In this document: positions 35,536 through 47,106 of the stretch, piece after piece
How the letters are laid out: every line of letters starts with the position of its first letter
How positions within the stretch are numbered: the first letter of the stretch is position 1
From: Moniliella sp. 'wahieum'
Taxonomy: Eukaryota
DNA length: 64,000 nt
Reading direction: 5' to 3'
Assembly: GCA_003971905.1 (NCBI GenBank)
Contig: RSEE01000050.1
Span: forward strand, 372,001 to 436,000
The notes under the pieces: model-generated
Database searches by the model: none
What the model was told of the DNA's origin: nothing
The model's input: only the letters and a program-made list of their open reading frames with translations
Position numbers and translations under genes: made by a program

Positions 35536-38500
35536 ATGGTCAGGCATGCCGCTGCCGCTGCTGCAACGCTGGCCGCCACCCTCCTTTCTCTGTCTCTGGG
35601 CCCGGCGCCCGTGGCAGCCCAACAAGTAACGCTCACCCCACCAGCGACCATCAACGGCATGGCCAAGGGTGTCTCCCCCGTCATCGACGCCACCTTCATG
35701 GGCGTTGGCATCGAGCCCAGCAACCTCCTCGCCTTTACTGCCGCCGATGCTCCCAACCCGCTCACCAACCAGCTGCTAGGCAACATTGCTACCTACATGG
35801 GTGCGCCCCCCCATATTCGAGTAGGAGGCAACAGCGGCGACAACATGCTCTACGACCCATCCAACACTTCTCTTGGTATCGAGAACAACCCCAACGCGCA
35901 AGGCCCAGGTAAAAAGGGTTCCCAAACAGATAGTTGGACCTATGGCCCGGCTTACTACCAAGCCATGGACAACTTCCCCAAGGGCACTCCAATTACATTT
36001 GGCCTCAACCTCGCCTACAATGCCAACGACTCAATCTCGAGGGTGATTGACCAGACCACCTCTTTATTTTCTTCCATCAAAAAGGTCAGCATCAATTCGC
36101 TTGAGATTGGAAACGAGCCCGACCTGTACTTGGTCAATCAGTACCGTCCTGCCTCATGGACTGTGGACGACTACGGTAATGAGTGGCTCGCCAAAGCCAA
36201 TGCTGTGTACCAGCAAGTGATCAAGCCTCGAAAGCTGCGCCAAGACATGTTTGAGGCGGCCAGCACGGCGACAACGGCCACCAAAAACGGCCATCCGTAT
36301 CGCATCTCCAACTTGATGAGCACAGCCGTCGCTTCGTCCAATGGTCAATACCTCAAGGGCTGGTCTCAACACGACTATATTGTGAGTTGCGCCCCTTCTC
36401 TTGTGCGATTCCAAAGGACCAAACTGACCCCAGTGTGTGTATCGAACAAGTTTACGTCGGCGTCTCGAACTCCCAACTGACCATCGACAGGCTGCTTAAC
36501 CTCCCGGCCACGGCCCAGCAATTTTCAGAGTGGAGCAGCCAAGCGCAACACAAGCCAACCAAACTGGCAAGCCGTATTATATCCGAGAGATGGGATCGGT
36601 TGGACCTACAGGCATTAAGGGCATCAGTGATACGTTTGGTACGCTTCCCCCTCCCCCCCGCTTATGCCGCCTCTTTGTTCCGGGAAGGCGTGAAAACGAA
36701 AAGAATACTGATTGGATCGATGTATTTGCGTTTGACAGCCAACTCGCTTTGGACGTTCAACTTCTTCTTGTATGCTTCAACCGTGGGAGTATCGAGCGTG
36801 CAAATGCACATGACAATTCCTATGCCGCCCCTGGCAGCCCAACATGCAAGGAACACTGGCCCTCATGTGCGGTCGAGCTACTATGCCTTTGCAGCTATGA
36901 GCCAGATTCTTGGGACAGGTTGCAATACAAACATTGCCACTGTTGACCTCACATGTTCAACACAATGTTCCCGGCAACTACAACAACCGTTTGGCTGCGT
37001 ACGCAGTGTACCGCCAAAACAAGCTTCAAAGCATCGTTCTCTTCAATGCCAACCCTGTGGGTGCCAATGTTAATACGCCCCCTCCCCAGAAGCGCCAACA
37101 AAGCACGGCATTTCCCTCTGGCAAGCGCCAGGCTCCACCCGGTGCCTCATTCAGTATCTCCGTACCGAACCTCAAAGGGAAAACGTTTTTTCTCTCGGCA
37201 CTAGAGGCGGCATCATCAACCGCAACCCAAAACACTACCTGGAACGGCCTGGACTTTGAATCGAAGGGGACGGGCGCACCCCACCAGATCAATCAAACCG
37301 ACGCTAGCAAGAAACAGCAGACTGCTACTGTTGGTCCAGATGGCACGTTGTCTGTCACCGTTCCTGACAGCTCGGCCATGGTAGCCAATCTCAACGTCGT
37401 TTTGGGGGCCGACGATGGTTCCAAAAGTCTGTGTTCCGCCAATGGTTCGTCGGCTTCCAATACACCCACCGGGTCTTCCCCTGGTGGGTTCACTGGTCAC
37501 GTATCGTCTCACTCTTCGTCCTCCAAAAAGATCATCATCATTGCGGCTGCTGCGGGCGGAGGGGGGCCTTGGCTGCGATCATCGCCGCTGCCATTGCTGT
37601 GGCTTGCATCCGTAAGAAGAGACGGGCCAAGACGACGCTGTTAGCCGGCCGCATGGGACGGTATGACAGTACGCCCCTACCTTTAGGTTCAGAGTTTGGG
37701 GTGGGCAAGTCCTATGGCAATAGCCGCATCACTCCAAGCAGCACACACCTTATGCAAGACGACGAGTACGCCATGGCCGATCGTGCAGGTACCCGCATGG
37801 GCCCCTCATCGCATGGGCTCCAACGCGGTTCGAGTGCCGCTGCGGCAGGATACGAGTACGCGGTGGCTCACAGCAAGAAAGTGTCCTCGACCACCATCAG
37901 TACGATGGGCGATAATAAGGAGGGCTTTATGGAGGGGGAAAGCAAACAGGTGGATCCCACTGGGTATGTTTACGGATACGACGTGGGTGCTCGCCATACC
38001 CGCGACATCTCTACCGATACCTTTGCTGATGGCACGACACGCAACCTTGCCTTAGCCGAGCTGGGCGGAACAGCTTTCCGAGGCACTGGTCAAAACCAAT
38101 ACGCGTATGTCCCCTATGCCCCCGGGTATGGGTCCTATTATTCTCAGCCATCCCAGGAACAGCCCGTGCCTCGGCCAACCCAACCACCCAACCCGCGTGC
38201 CCAGCCATCTTATGCGAACGCCCCGATTCCAACCCACACCCAGTCCGCCTCAAACTGGAGGGCAGCTAATCAGCCTGGGCGGGCCACCCAACAACCCGCT
38301 TCAACGATGCATCGCAGTGCCAGTCGCACCCTCCTTGAACCTCCCAACCAGCAAGACAGCTGGGCTGGCGCTCGCCCTGACAGTTTGGCGCCTTCGGATG
38401 CCGCGGGTGCAATTGGCGCCTTGGCCTTGACGGACGGCTCTGGACACGAGTCCGCCACAGACAACAGCACCACCGGGTGGGGCGCGTCGCCCCTCCCACG

Positions 38501-39251
38501 TCGCGGACGCCCACGCGAAGCCGAATTAACTGATGTCAGGCCAGACTGGCAAGTGTATGGTCATCCAAGCGCACAACGACGTGGGTATGCTGAACCAAGA
38601 ACGCAACCCCCTGTCCCCTTCCCCCTACGCGGCCTCGCTCTCGATCCCAGCCTGGCAGGGCAGAGCCTTTCCCGAGCACAGATGTACCTGTCCCCCCTCC
38701 CAGCCAGAGGTACCCTCAAGGCTCGCGGGCTGCAGCACTAGGGGCGGCGCACCAAGCTGCTCGGGCAAGGGACCGGCCACGTGCTCAGTCGGCCTCGTGT
38801 GGCTGCATCCAATCCAAGGGTTACCGAGACAGACGGTGAGAGTTCCCAGGCGGAGCGCCAAGCGTACAACCAATGGTACCACCAGCACTACGCCCCGCGT
38901 CCAGCTGCACAGCCTGCCTCGGCAATGCCACCAGCGCTGCCTTCCCCCTCGGAAAGGAGGGACAATCCATGGTACGCCTATGCAGGTCCGGCCCAAGCTC
39001 GGGCAGCACCTCCCTCGCACCCCCGAGCCCCCTTGGGCCCACGCCCGCCGCCCTCAGCTCCGCAGTACGCTACCGGCTCGACGGCCCAGGGACCTACGGG
39101 CTACGGCCAGTATCCTTCATCATCCCAATCCAACTTGAGCGGATGGTACACATACACGCACCCTTCCCAAAACGCTCCTTCCTCTGGATCACGCGGCGCC
39201 GTGCGTCAAGCTCGTGCGGACGCCCAAGCGCGGTCCGGATACCAATGGTGA
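35536..39251 (+). CDS. Secreted-type GH79 glycoside hydrolase with TM helix and long cytoplasmic tail
   Basis: Signal peptide; GVGIEPSNL, HIRVGGNSGD, TFGLNL, EIGNEPDLY, YYIREMGS, SDTFG. TM IIIIAAAAGG..LAAIIAAAIAVACIRKKRR near 37530-37620. About 540-aa low-complexity tail ending GYQW*. Confidence 0.82.
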
Positions 39252-40409
39252 TTGGCGATTGTTTCCAGTTTCCCATCAACTCTGAGACGTTGGCGATGAC
39301 CCACATTTCTTCCCGTGGATTCAGTCTCGTCTCGCCTTACCTATCCCCCCACACTCGCTCGCACCTTAATTGAAGGTTCTTCCTGTTCCCCCCCCCCCCC
39401 CGCTCCTTATCTTGTTTTGCTGTTGGCCTCTTTCCTGCCTTACTCCCTGGTCTATACTACTTCGTATCTGGCTCGAATTTGCTCTACCCTCTTGGATTTT
39501 GCAGGCGCACCACACCGCGCAACCGAATGTCAGTGCCGTGTCGGGTCGGGTCAGGTCGGTTCCTAAAGACCATTGGTCTTCCGTCCCGTCCTCGTGTCTT
39601 GATTCTCCCTGTTACGGTCCAGGTCAGCCAGGCGCGCCGCACGGAACGTAGAAGGTTTAGTCTAGGTTTGCTTGTGCCCTGGAGGCTCACAATGTATCCC
39701 TTCTACTGTTACACTTATATTGCCTGCAACGCTGGATGTACAGCCGTTTGTTCTAGGGATCATATGATGCACATAATGTTTGTTGACTGTTAGTTATTGT
39801 TCCTGTTCTCTACTAATTCCATGAACCCCCTTCGCACCCACGTGTCGAGCAGACATACCCCCCTCCCTTCCCCTACTACGCCATCCATCCGCACAGAGAT
39901 GCCTCGGCCGACCGTAATGGAGCCTGTACTAACTGCGCGTGGGCACTCTAGGCTAACCATCAAACTAAAGGGGAGATGTAAGGGATAATGGGGGGATGTG
40001 GAGGGGGAGATGTGTGTGGCCAAGTCGGATCTGGATCTTCAACTTCACCCTTCAAGCTTCACCGGCTTCACCTCCCTCTCTTCGAGAAGGCCTTGGTGCG
40101 GAAGGTAAAAACGACAAAAAGATAAAACCTGACCAGCATATACATCAACTGCTCTCTATTGCGCCGTTTCCCCTTGCGACCAGAGGGCACAGTGATTGCA
40201 ACGAGGACATGATGCTTTGTGAAAGAAAAAAAACACAGAAAATGGGCAAGACAAACATAACATGGTGGTACCCGGGCCTACTTTGCTTACGCCAGCCGTT
40301 GCAATAAAGACTCGAAACTGGCGAGAACGAGGAGTGAGCGCGCTGAGTGTTGAATGTAGAGCGTTAAGCGTTTAACGGGGTGCGGGGAGCAATCCGGTAT
40401 GCGCTCATA

Positions 40410-41476
40410 TCATATGTACCCAGACTCGGTGGTCAACCCACTGAACTTGGTATCGGTGCGAATGGGGTTGTATTCGCTGAACGAAGGCGCAGCGTACGAG
40501 TCTGAAAGGGAAATGGGCCGAGGCACGGCGCGGCCAGTGGACATGTACTGCGAAAGCGATTGTGCTTGCTCTTCGTTCTCAAAGGGCTCCGGAGCGTAGT
40601 GAATCGGAATGCCAGCGCCCGGTGGGGCAGAAAACACTTTCTTGGTCACCTTGAGCATCCGCTTGCCTAGTCCTTTGTTGCCCGCCTCACCCCGATCCAG
40701 GTCCCGACTGCCAATCGTCGATGCGTAGTCGGGGGGCAACCCACGAGCACGCAAGTCTTTCCGTTCGTCGCGGCGTTGTTGTTGGATGTGGAGGGGCAAG
40801 TGGGAAAGACGAGGACCTTGAGACGCAGCCTGACCAAAGTACCATACAAAACGCGATACGTCCTTAGCGTACACCCCATCTTCCCGTCGCATCGTCACGC
40901 TCACCGTGATGGAGGAGCAGACGACATCGGGAATCTCCTCGTTGCTCAAATCAATCACAACGGGTACCGTTACCTTGGCAAGCATCTGCTGCGGCACGTA
41001 CTTGTACCGCATGTCGGACGTGAACGTCTCGGTAGGCACCCCCGTGCGCTCATTGATGTGCAATGGGTTGATGATAACTTGCAGATCGTTGTCCATTACC
41101 ACATCGACGCATTCCTCACGCAGCTCCAGCTGGTTGTTGCGACCACAAAAAAACAGAGACTTCGTTGGGGTGGTGAGTACAGCAAGAATTCAATGGGAAA
41201 AGATGGTGGGGCCGCTGCAAGAGCAAAAAAGCAAGAGCAAGGGAGAGTCTAGGAAGGGGAGCAAGGGCGTACCTCGAATGCAACGCGGTCGCCATCGCTG
41301 TTCTTGAGCATGCGGCAACGGCACGGACTGTTGGTGGTGGACCAAGCAGTGGCCTCGCCATTGTGGCGGAAGAAGTAGGGCGCTTGGTAGAGCTCGTCGG
41401 GCTGCTTGAGCGTGTGCACTACGTGGCTCTTGGGCACAGGCAGCTTGGCGGCGAGTTTGTCGAGGGTGGCGCTCAT
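40410..41476 (-). CDS. Conserved-looking hypothetical protein
   Basis: MSATLDKLAAKLP...GDRVAFE-intron (GTACGC)-...VVMDNDLQVIINP...ESGYI*. The 230-aa final ORF has a globular beta-rich composition. Confidence 0.7.
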
Positions 41477-42247
41477 GGTGGGCAGGGGGGCGAGCGGTGG
41501 AGAGAAGGCAGATGGGTCGCTGGGATGGAGGAGGGGAGAGGGGAGAAGGGCCACCTGGGAGGACCAGTGGGGGGAAAACCGAGCCAAACCGCATGCTTTG
41601 GCTGTCACTAGTGTCACTGGCGGGCTGGGCACCAGCAGGGGCACAGGCGCTGTGCCAGAATGTGCCAGGGTTGGCGGTGGCCTGGGATGCATGTGGTGTG
41701 CTATAGCGTGTGCTGCGTCGCCATCGCCAGGCACAGCAGCACACCCAGACTGCCGCCCTGCCACTCCGATAGCCGATACGCTGGCGCACTGCGCCCCAGG
41801 CTGCGCGCTTTGCCCCCCACACAGGCGCCGTGCCCCATGCGTCCAGTGTGCCGAGCCCCAGGCGGCGCACCTGCCCAGTGTCTCCGTCCCCCGGCGCCTT
41901 ATCGCCGCCCAGGCCGACGGGCCCCTGCCCGTTTGGGCGAGCAGTGCGCCCCCAGACCGTCTCTCGGCCGGAGCTACGCCGACCGCTGATCCCCGATCGA
42001 TGACCAGGGGAGAGTATATATTTAGGTCGCAGATCGCTGGCTGGTACAGCAATTGGTGCGATGTGGTTGGGACAGAGCAGACGCCCAGACACGCATCCTC
42101 AGTTCTTGCCTTCCTTCTGGGGGAACGCAGAAGAGCAACGAGGAAGAGGTTCCCTCTGCGCCCGCGCGTCGCAAAACGTGCGAGGAAGAACAGAGTAACA
42201 GAGACATCTAGCGCGATCTAGGAACCGGAAGTAATTATTGCCTACTT

Positions 42248-42463
42248 TACTGAGTCCCAATGGAGATGGTTCACCGCTCGGATGTCTATATACTACGTTC
42301 ATCCGTATCCATACGCGCTTCCTCGGGTATGGGAACGGATGGCGGGCCCCAGAGGGCCCTGATCTCCTGGCGTTTCTCCTGGTTCCTTAAACGAGGTTGG
42401 CTAACCAGCAGCACATGCTGGATGAACGGGTTATTAGTTAGCCTTAAAAGCTCTGTCACTGAT
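42248..42463 (-). repeat. Repeat family A copy 2
   Basis: Homologous to 43828-44058 (same orientation) and 13506-13695 (inverted). Confidence 0.85.
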
Positions 42464-42737
42464 GTGGTTACGGTATAGAGGCTTTTTGCCAAACGGAGCA
42501 ATTCTGGACCAAATGCGCTAAGATGAAATACATTCGAGGCAAAGGATCCCCAAAGGTGACTAAAAGGAAGAGAAAAGAAGAATCGAAGAGGCCTGGGGGC
42601 GCAATCAAGCGGAGGTATTCACCCATGTCGCGAAAGATGTACAGATGTCAACTCAATTTGAGAGTAGTATAAGGTGTGCGAGACACACCCGTCCACTCTC
42701 ATAACAAAACAGATCCACTGCATAGCAGGGAGAGGGT

Positions 42738-43267
42738 TTATGCCGCCCTACTGGCTAGCAACCGAACGAGCTCGATCACTTGATCCGGGTCTTTCCGCAT
42801 CAGGTAGCGCAATTCCTGCTCGGTGCTTTGCTCTGCAGAACTGGGCGAGAGGGTAAAGCTGGTCTTGGGAACCTTGCGATGCTCTTCATGCACTTCAACG
42901 TTTCCATCAGGGTAGATTGACAACGCCCCACTTAAGCGTGCCTTGACCATGCTGGGGGATGCGCTGCTGCGGTCATTGCACACATAGCCTGTAAAGACCG
43001 TGTAAGACTGTGATGCGCTAGAGGTGCGAGACCAGCACCAAGAGGGCGAAGAAGGGGCTCGGGCGTGAGAGTATGATGTGGACGAGGGGTAGTCAAGTAC
43101 CAAGTCAGACTCTGCGAATAAACCAAGAAAGCAAACAGAGTGTCAGTACTCGCTCTTCTTGGTTTCTGGAGAGAGAAGAGGGAACAGACTTCTGCCTTGC
43201 AGCAGAGGACGTGCAAGACCGGAAGCCAACAGAGAAAAGGATTGGTGATATAGCGATACTAACCATG
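42738..43267 (-). CDS. Orphan small protein, possibly secreted (5' structure uncertain)
   Basis: 121-aa exon ORF preceded by CTGAC...CGCAG branch/acceptor. Upstream hydrophobic piece SFSLLASGLARP. (TCATGCA)n array at 43544-43620 upstream. Confidence 0.4.
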
Positions 43268-43827
43268 TTTGCTCAACGGCTGAATCGCAGATGGAGATGA
43301 AGAGGAAGGATGGGCACAATGTTTCTTGTGTCGGCGTTGTTGATGGCGCAGAACTGTATACACGAGAGTGCAGACAACAAAGGAGCGATATGGGTATCTT
43401 CAATGATCCATGTATGGCTCCTCTTTATATATACAATTGCACATTCACATCAGCATTCGATTCTTGGCCCCTTCTTCCCGGGGTTTCCCCTTTTCATCCA
43501 TTGGCGCAAGTTGTCTATACCTGATGAAAAGGTGTTGGTGTGGTATCAATATCATGCATCATGCATCATGTATCATGTGACCGCAGCGAAGGGTTAGGAT
43601 TCAATCATTAATCATGCATCTTCGTTCTTCCCTGAGACATCAAAAGGGGGAGTTACCCTCAGCTTCGGAGTTCTCGGGCCTTCTCATCGGCTTGAATTTG
43701 CTCATGGCTTATTGATTGATTGATCGCACCTAATCTCTGCAATTGTAGTAGCTATCCATTTTGACGACGCGAGGATACTACGGCACCAAGACGGCGAGCA
43801 AGTTGTTTGCGCATTGGAAGGAGTTGG

Positions 43828-44058
43828 CTACTAAGTCTCAGTGGAAATGGTTCCTCGCTCGGATGTCAACCACGTTCCTCCGTGTCCATACGCGCTTCCT
43901 AGGGTACGGACCGGATGGCATGAGCCGGAGGGTCCTGATATCCTGGCGATCCCCCTGGTTCCTTGACCCTGGTGGCGCCCCTAAGTAACCCCCGCAAGAT
44001 GAACGGTTAGGTTTAGACGTAGCGTTCCCCTGTCCCAGCCTTCTTAAGTCTGCCAATG
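43828..44058 (-). repeat. Repeat family A copy 3
   Basis: Homologous to copies 1 and 2. Confidence 0.85.
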
Positions 44059-44783
44059 AAATGGACGTTATCTAAAGGGGCATTTTGTAAGCAGGGGTAA
44101 CATATGCTTTCCTATACATTAGAGTGCCAGGGCAGAACCCTATCGGATATAGGCGAGCTAGACTGGCTTTGGTGAGATCTGAGATGCGAGTGGCTGATCG
44201 TCGTTGGTCGTAGAGATATAGTTCACGCCTGTCAAATGTCACAGGGCTGAGTGGCTGGGCCGCAAACCGTGTTCGCTTCATACCTTCCTTTCCCTTCCGA
44301 GCCACGGTTCTATAACTAGCTGGTATATCGCACCAGAACTAAGAGCTATTAGGGGAGGTATGGGGGCTTCGTCTATGCCCCCCCCTTCAAGATGCTTCAA
44401 GGCCAGTAGGATGCTGGAAACCATCGGAACCTCCGAGTTGTGTTGTTAAGAAGCGGTGACCGGTGACCGGGGCGGCGTGGCATATAATGCAGATGGGCAC
44501 TGAACCTGAACGCACTGCGGTGTGGTCACGGCACGGTGATCATCTGTTTCATTTTAGGGGGTGGGTGTAACATGCCTATTAAGGGTCGGGCGATACGAGT
44601 GAGACTAAGTACCAAAAGGGAAGCAAAGGATGCACTGGTATTAGGGGAAAGGAAACAGGAACAGCGAAGAGCAGTGAAGAGACGATTTACCCGATTAGCT
44701 ATGAGGACCGTGACAGATGTGGATATTGTCACGGGCGAAGACGGTCTGGCAATAAGCCGGGCGGAGTTTACGCGCACCCTTTG

Positions 44784-44856
44784 CCTTCCTAACGCCCTTC
44801 CCCTTCCTAATGCCCTCCCCCTTTCTAACGCTCTTCCCCTTCCTAATCCCGTCCCA
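44784..44856. repeat. 18-bp tandem repeat x4 (CCTTCCTAAYGCCCTTCC)
   Basis: ccttcctaacgcccttccccttcctaatgccctccccctttctaacgctcttccccttcctaatccc. Confidence 0.8.
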
Positions 44857-45811
44857 GATTGATCAGTGGGTCAGATTCGATCCGATCCGATTTCAGCTGA
44901 GGCGCGCTGAGGGCCGCCCGCTCCACCCAATAACAGAGCGCGCCCTCTGATTCAATTCAGTTCTCCATCGCGACTAGCTCAACCGCCAGCGCGATTATCA
45001 GTCTACGTATCCAAGCAACAATAGCCGCCTTACGCCCCAGTGAATCGAGAACCCCAGTTTCGTGGTTCCCCCGTTTTCATTGCCCTTGCGACGCCAGTCG
45101 CCCCGGGATTGTTTATCTGACTTCTCTGTGTCGCGCTTGTAGCAACCCCTTTACGACATCAGTCGCCCCACGCCTGTTTACCTTACCTTTCTAGGCTGTC
45201 CGTGTGGTACAGCTGTCTTCCCTGTGTCTTCCCTGGTTTCCCCTGTTCTCCATTCTTCCTCCGTTGCTTTGTTTCCCCTTTAGTCCCTATCTGTTAGCAA
45301 TGATTCGTGGCTTTCCCCCACGGTCCATTGGCGTCTCCCCCTACTCTCTTCGCCAATTCTAGTTGCTCCTCCAACTCCCGTCTTCAGCTCTCAGTTTCCC
45401 CAGCCCAAGTCCAGCCCAGTTCAGCCGCGTGTGATCCCGCCTACAGCCGCGCGCCCCCGGTCTCAGTCAGGCCCTAGGCCAGCAGCGTGAAACCTCCGCT
45501 GTCTCCTCCCCGTCCCTGAGCCCGAAGGCTTCAGACACGCTACTGCCGCCCAAGCCGGTACTACGCGGCCTTGCCATGCATAACTACACAATCTGTCCCC
45601 TTCCAGATCGATTTGGATCTCAGATATATGCTGAGGGCCTGAGTTAGTATTAGCTAGTTAGCTAGTTAGTCCCCAAAGACGAATGCATATATTTTAGGAG
45701 ATAGTCATAGTTACACGGGGTTTTTTTCGGCGCCAAAAACTATTATTTATCCCCTATGTATAGGTTCCCACCACGTGCAGCTTTTTGCTCTCGGCCCTAT
45801 ACAATGTCACC

Positions 45812-46298
45812 TGTCATGGGGGGAGTCCCGAGGTGGGACCCCCTCTGTAGGATAAGGGTATAAACCCTGGACAGGGCAATCGGTGTCTCGTACGTTAGGT
45901 CCTACTTCAAATCCTGTGGTTGAACCGAGCGGGTGTAGAGGCGAGGGAGAGACCCCTGCTCTAGTTAGGCCTTAGGGTGGCTGCGTGCAAAGACCGCAGC
46001 TCAGACCCTCCGAGGTAGGAGCCGCGTACGTAGGTCGTCAGACCAGTTGAAGGGGTCGAGGATCTCCGACGTTACTCTGTTCCTCAGCGTTACCACACTC
46101 GGTACCCTACCCTGTCGACAAGTCCATGGACCATGGCGGCCGCGGATGATCGATAATATCCGCAGCAGGATGATAATCGATAACGTGTCGACTGGCTCTC
46201 TCCTCGCTAGTCTAACAGTATTGACGCGTGTTGGGCTGAGATATCTAGGACATGCGGGGTTCAGCGTGCGGAGGAGATAGCCGGTGCACCCCGTAACA
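45812..46298. mobile_element. 487-bp non-coding TG...CA element (solo LTR or MITE) with 10-bp imperfect inverted ends
   Basis: Starts TGTCATGGGG and ends CCCCGTAACA (reverse complement TGTTACGGGG, 8/10). Internal TATAAA near 45859. Flanked by TACAATGTCACC (45800-45811) and TACAATGCCATC (46299-46310). Confidence 0.65.
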
Positions 46299-46734
46299 TA
46301 CAATGCCATCTCACCTCTCACATATCTTTCCCTTCTTGCGCTGAGGAACGGTGTACCTTTTATAGCTATGGACAGACCGAAGGGTTTTTCCGGGGCTATA
46401 ACGGGAGGTTATTCGGCTGTGTAACAATTCCTAACCCACGTGCACACATACACACATCTTAAAAGGGGGGACCCTATAGTCTCTGTGGGTTCTTTTTACC
46501 CGTATCCGACTTGCTCCCGCCGCAGAGGGCAGTCTTTTTCCTCCCCCTTTAGCCCCCCCAGCACACTCCGCATGCCTACTGCAACCTTTTACTTGCGCAC
46601 CTTGTTTCTTGCAGCCGTGTTGATTGTCACCGCCGACCCTTGAGGGCAAAAGGCAAATATCACAAAAGCCTGATGGAGGGCAATAGAGGACGTGTTGGTT
46701 CTGAGAATAAGTCCAGGAGGCTATTATGAGAAGG

Positions 46735-46838
46735 GGAACCTTGTACAGCCGAGGGTACTGGGAAGCAGAGGGAGAGTCCGAGATAATAGGGGGGATGCAT
46801 ATCACGCAGGATGGCGTGGTGGGGGCGATGCCCCAACA
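46735..46838 (-). mobile_element. Repeat family C copy 2, LTR-like relic
   Basis: Reverse complement begins TGTTGGGGCATCGCCCC...CACGCCATCCTGCGTGA...CTCCCTCTGCTTCCC, homologous to 4127-4240. Confidence 0.55.
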
Positions 46839-47106
46839 CAAAAGGCCTACGATCTGTAGCAAAAGGTCTCTATTCCTCCATACAGGATAGCTCCAATTGA
46901 TTATAGTTTCGCGATAAGAGTTGTGATGTACAGAGATATGGAGAGCCCCAAGCATCGGGGCTCCAGAACGTGTGCGCGTTTTGGAAGAAAGATGGGGAGC
47001 CAAGTGATCATGGTTACGAAGCAGGTCTCCTATCATGACCAAAGTGCTCCAGAATGCAAGCAGACGAAAAGGGGAAGGGTCGCGCAGCAGCCCCCCATCC
47101 CCTGCT

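Noticed and set aside
42300..42345. Similarity of family A (CCGTTCCCATACC) to bacterial 5S rRNA, and of GTCCCAGCC (about 44032) to the HDV ribozyme
   Set aside because: The matches are only 9-13 nt, the remaining conserved elements are missing, and no hammerhead CTGANGA/GAAA core was found.
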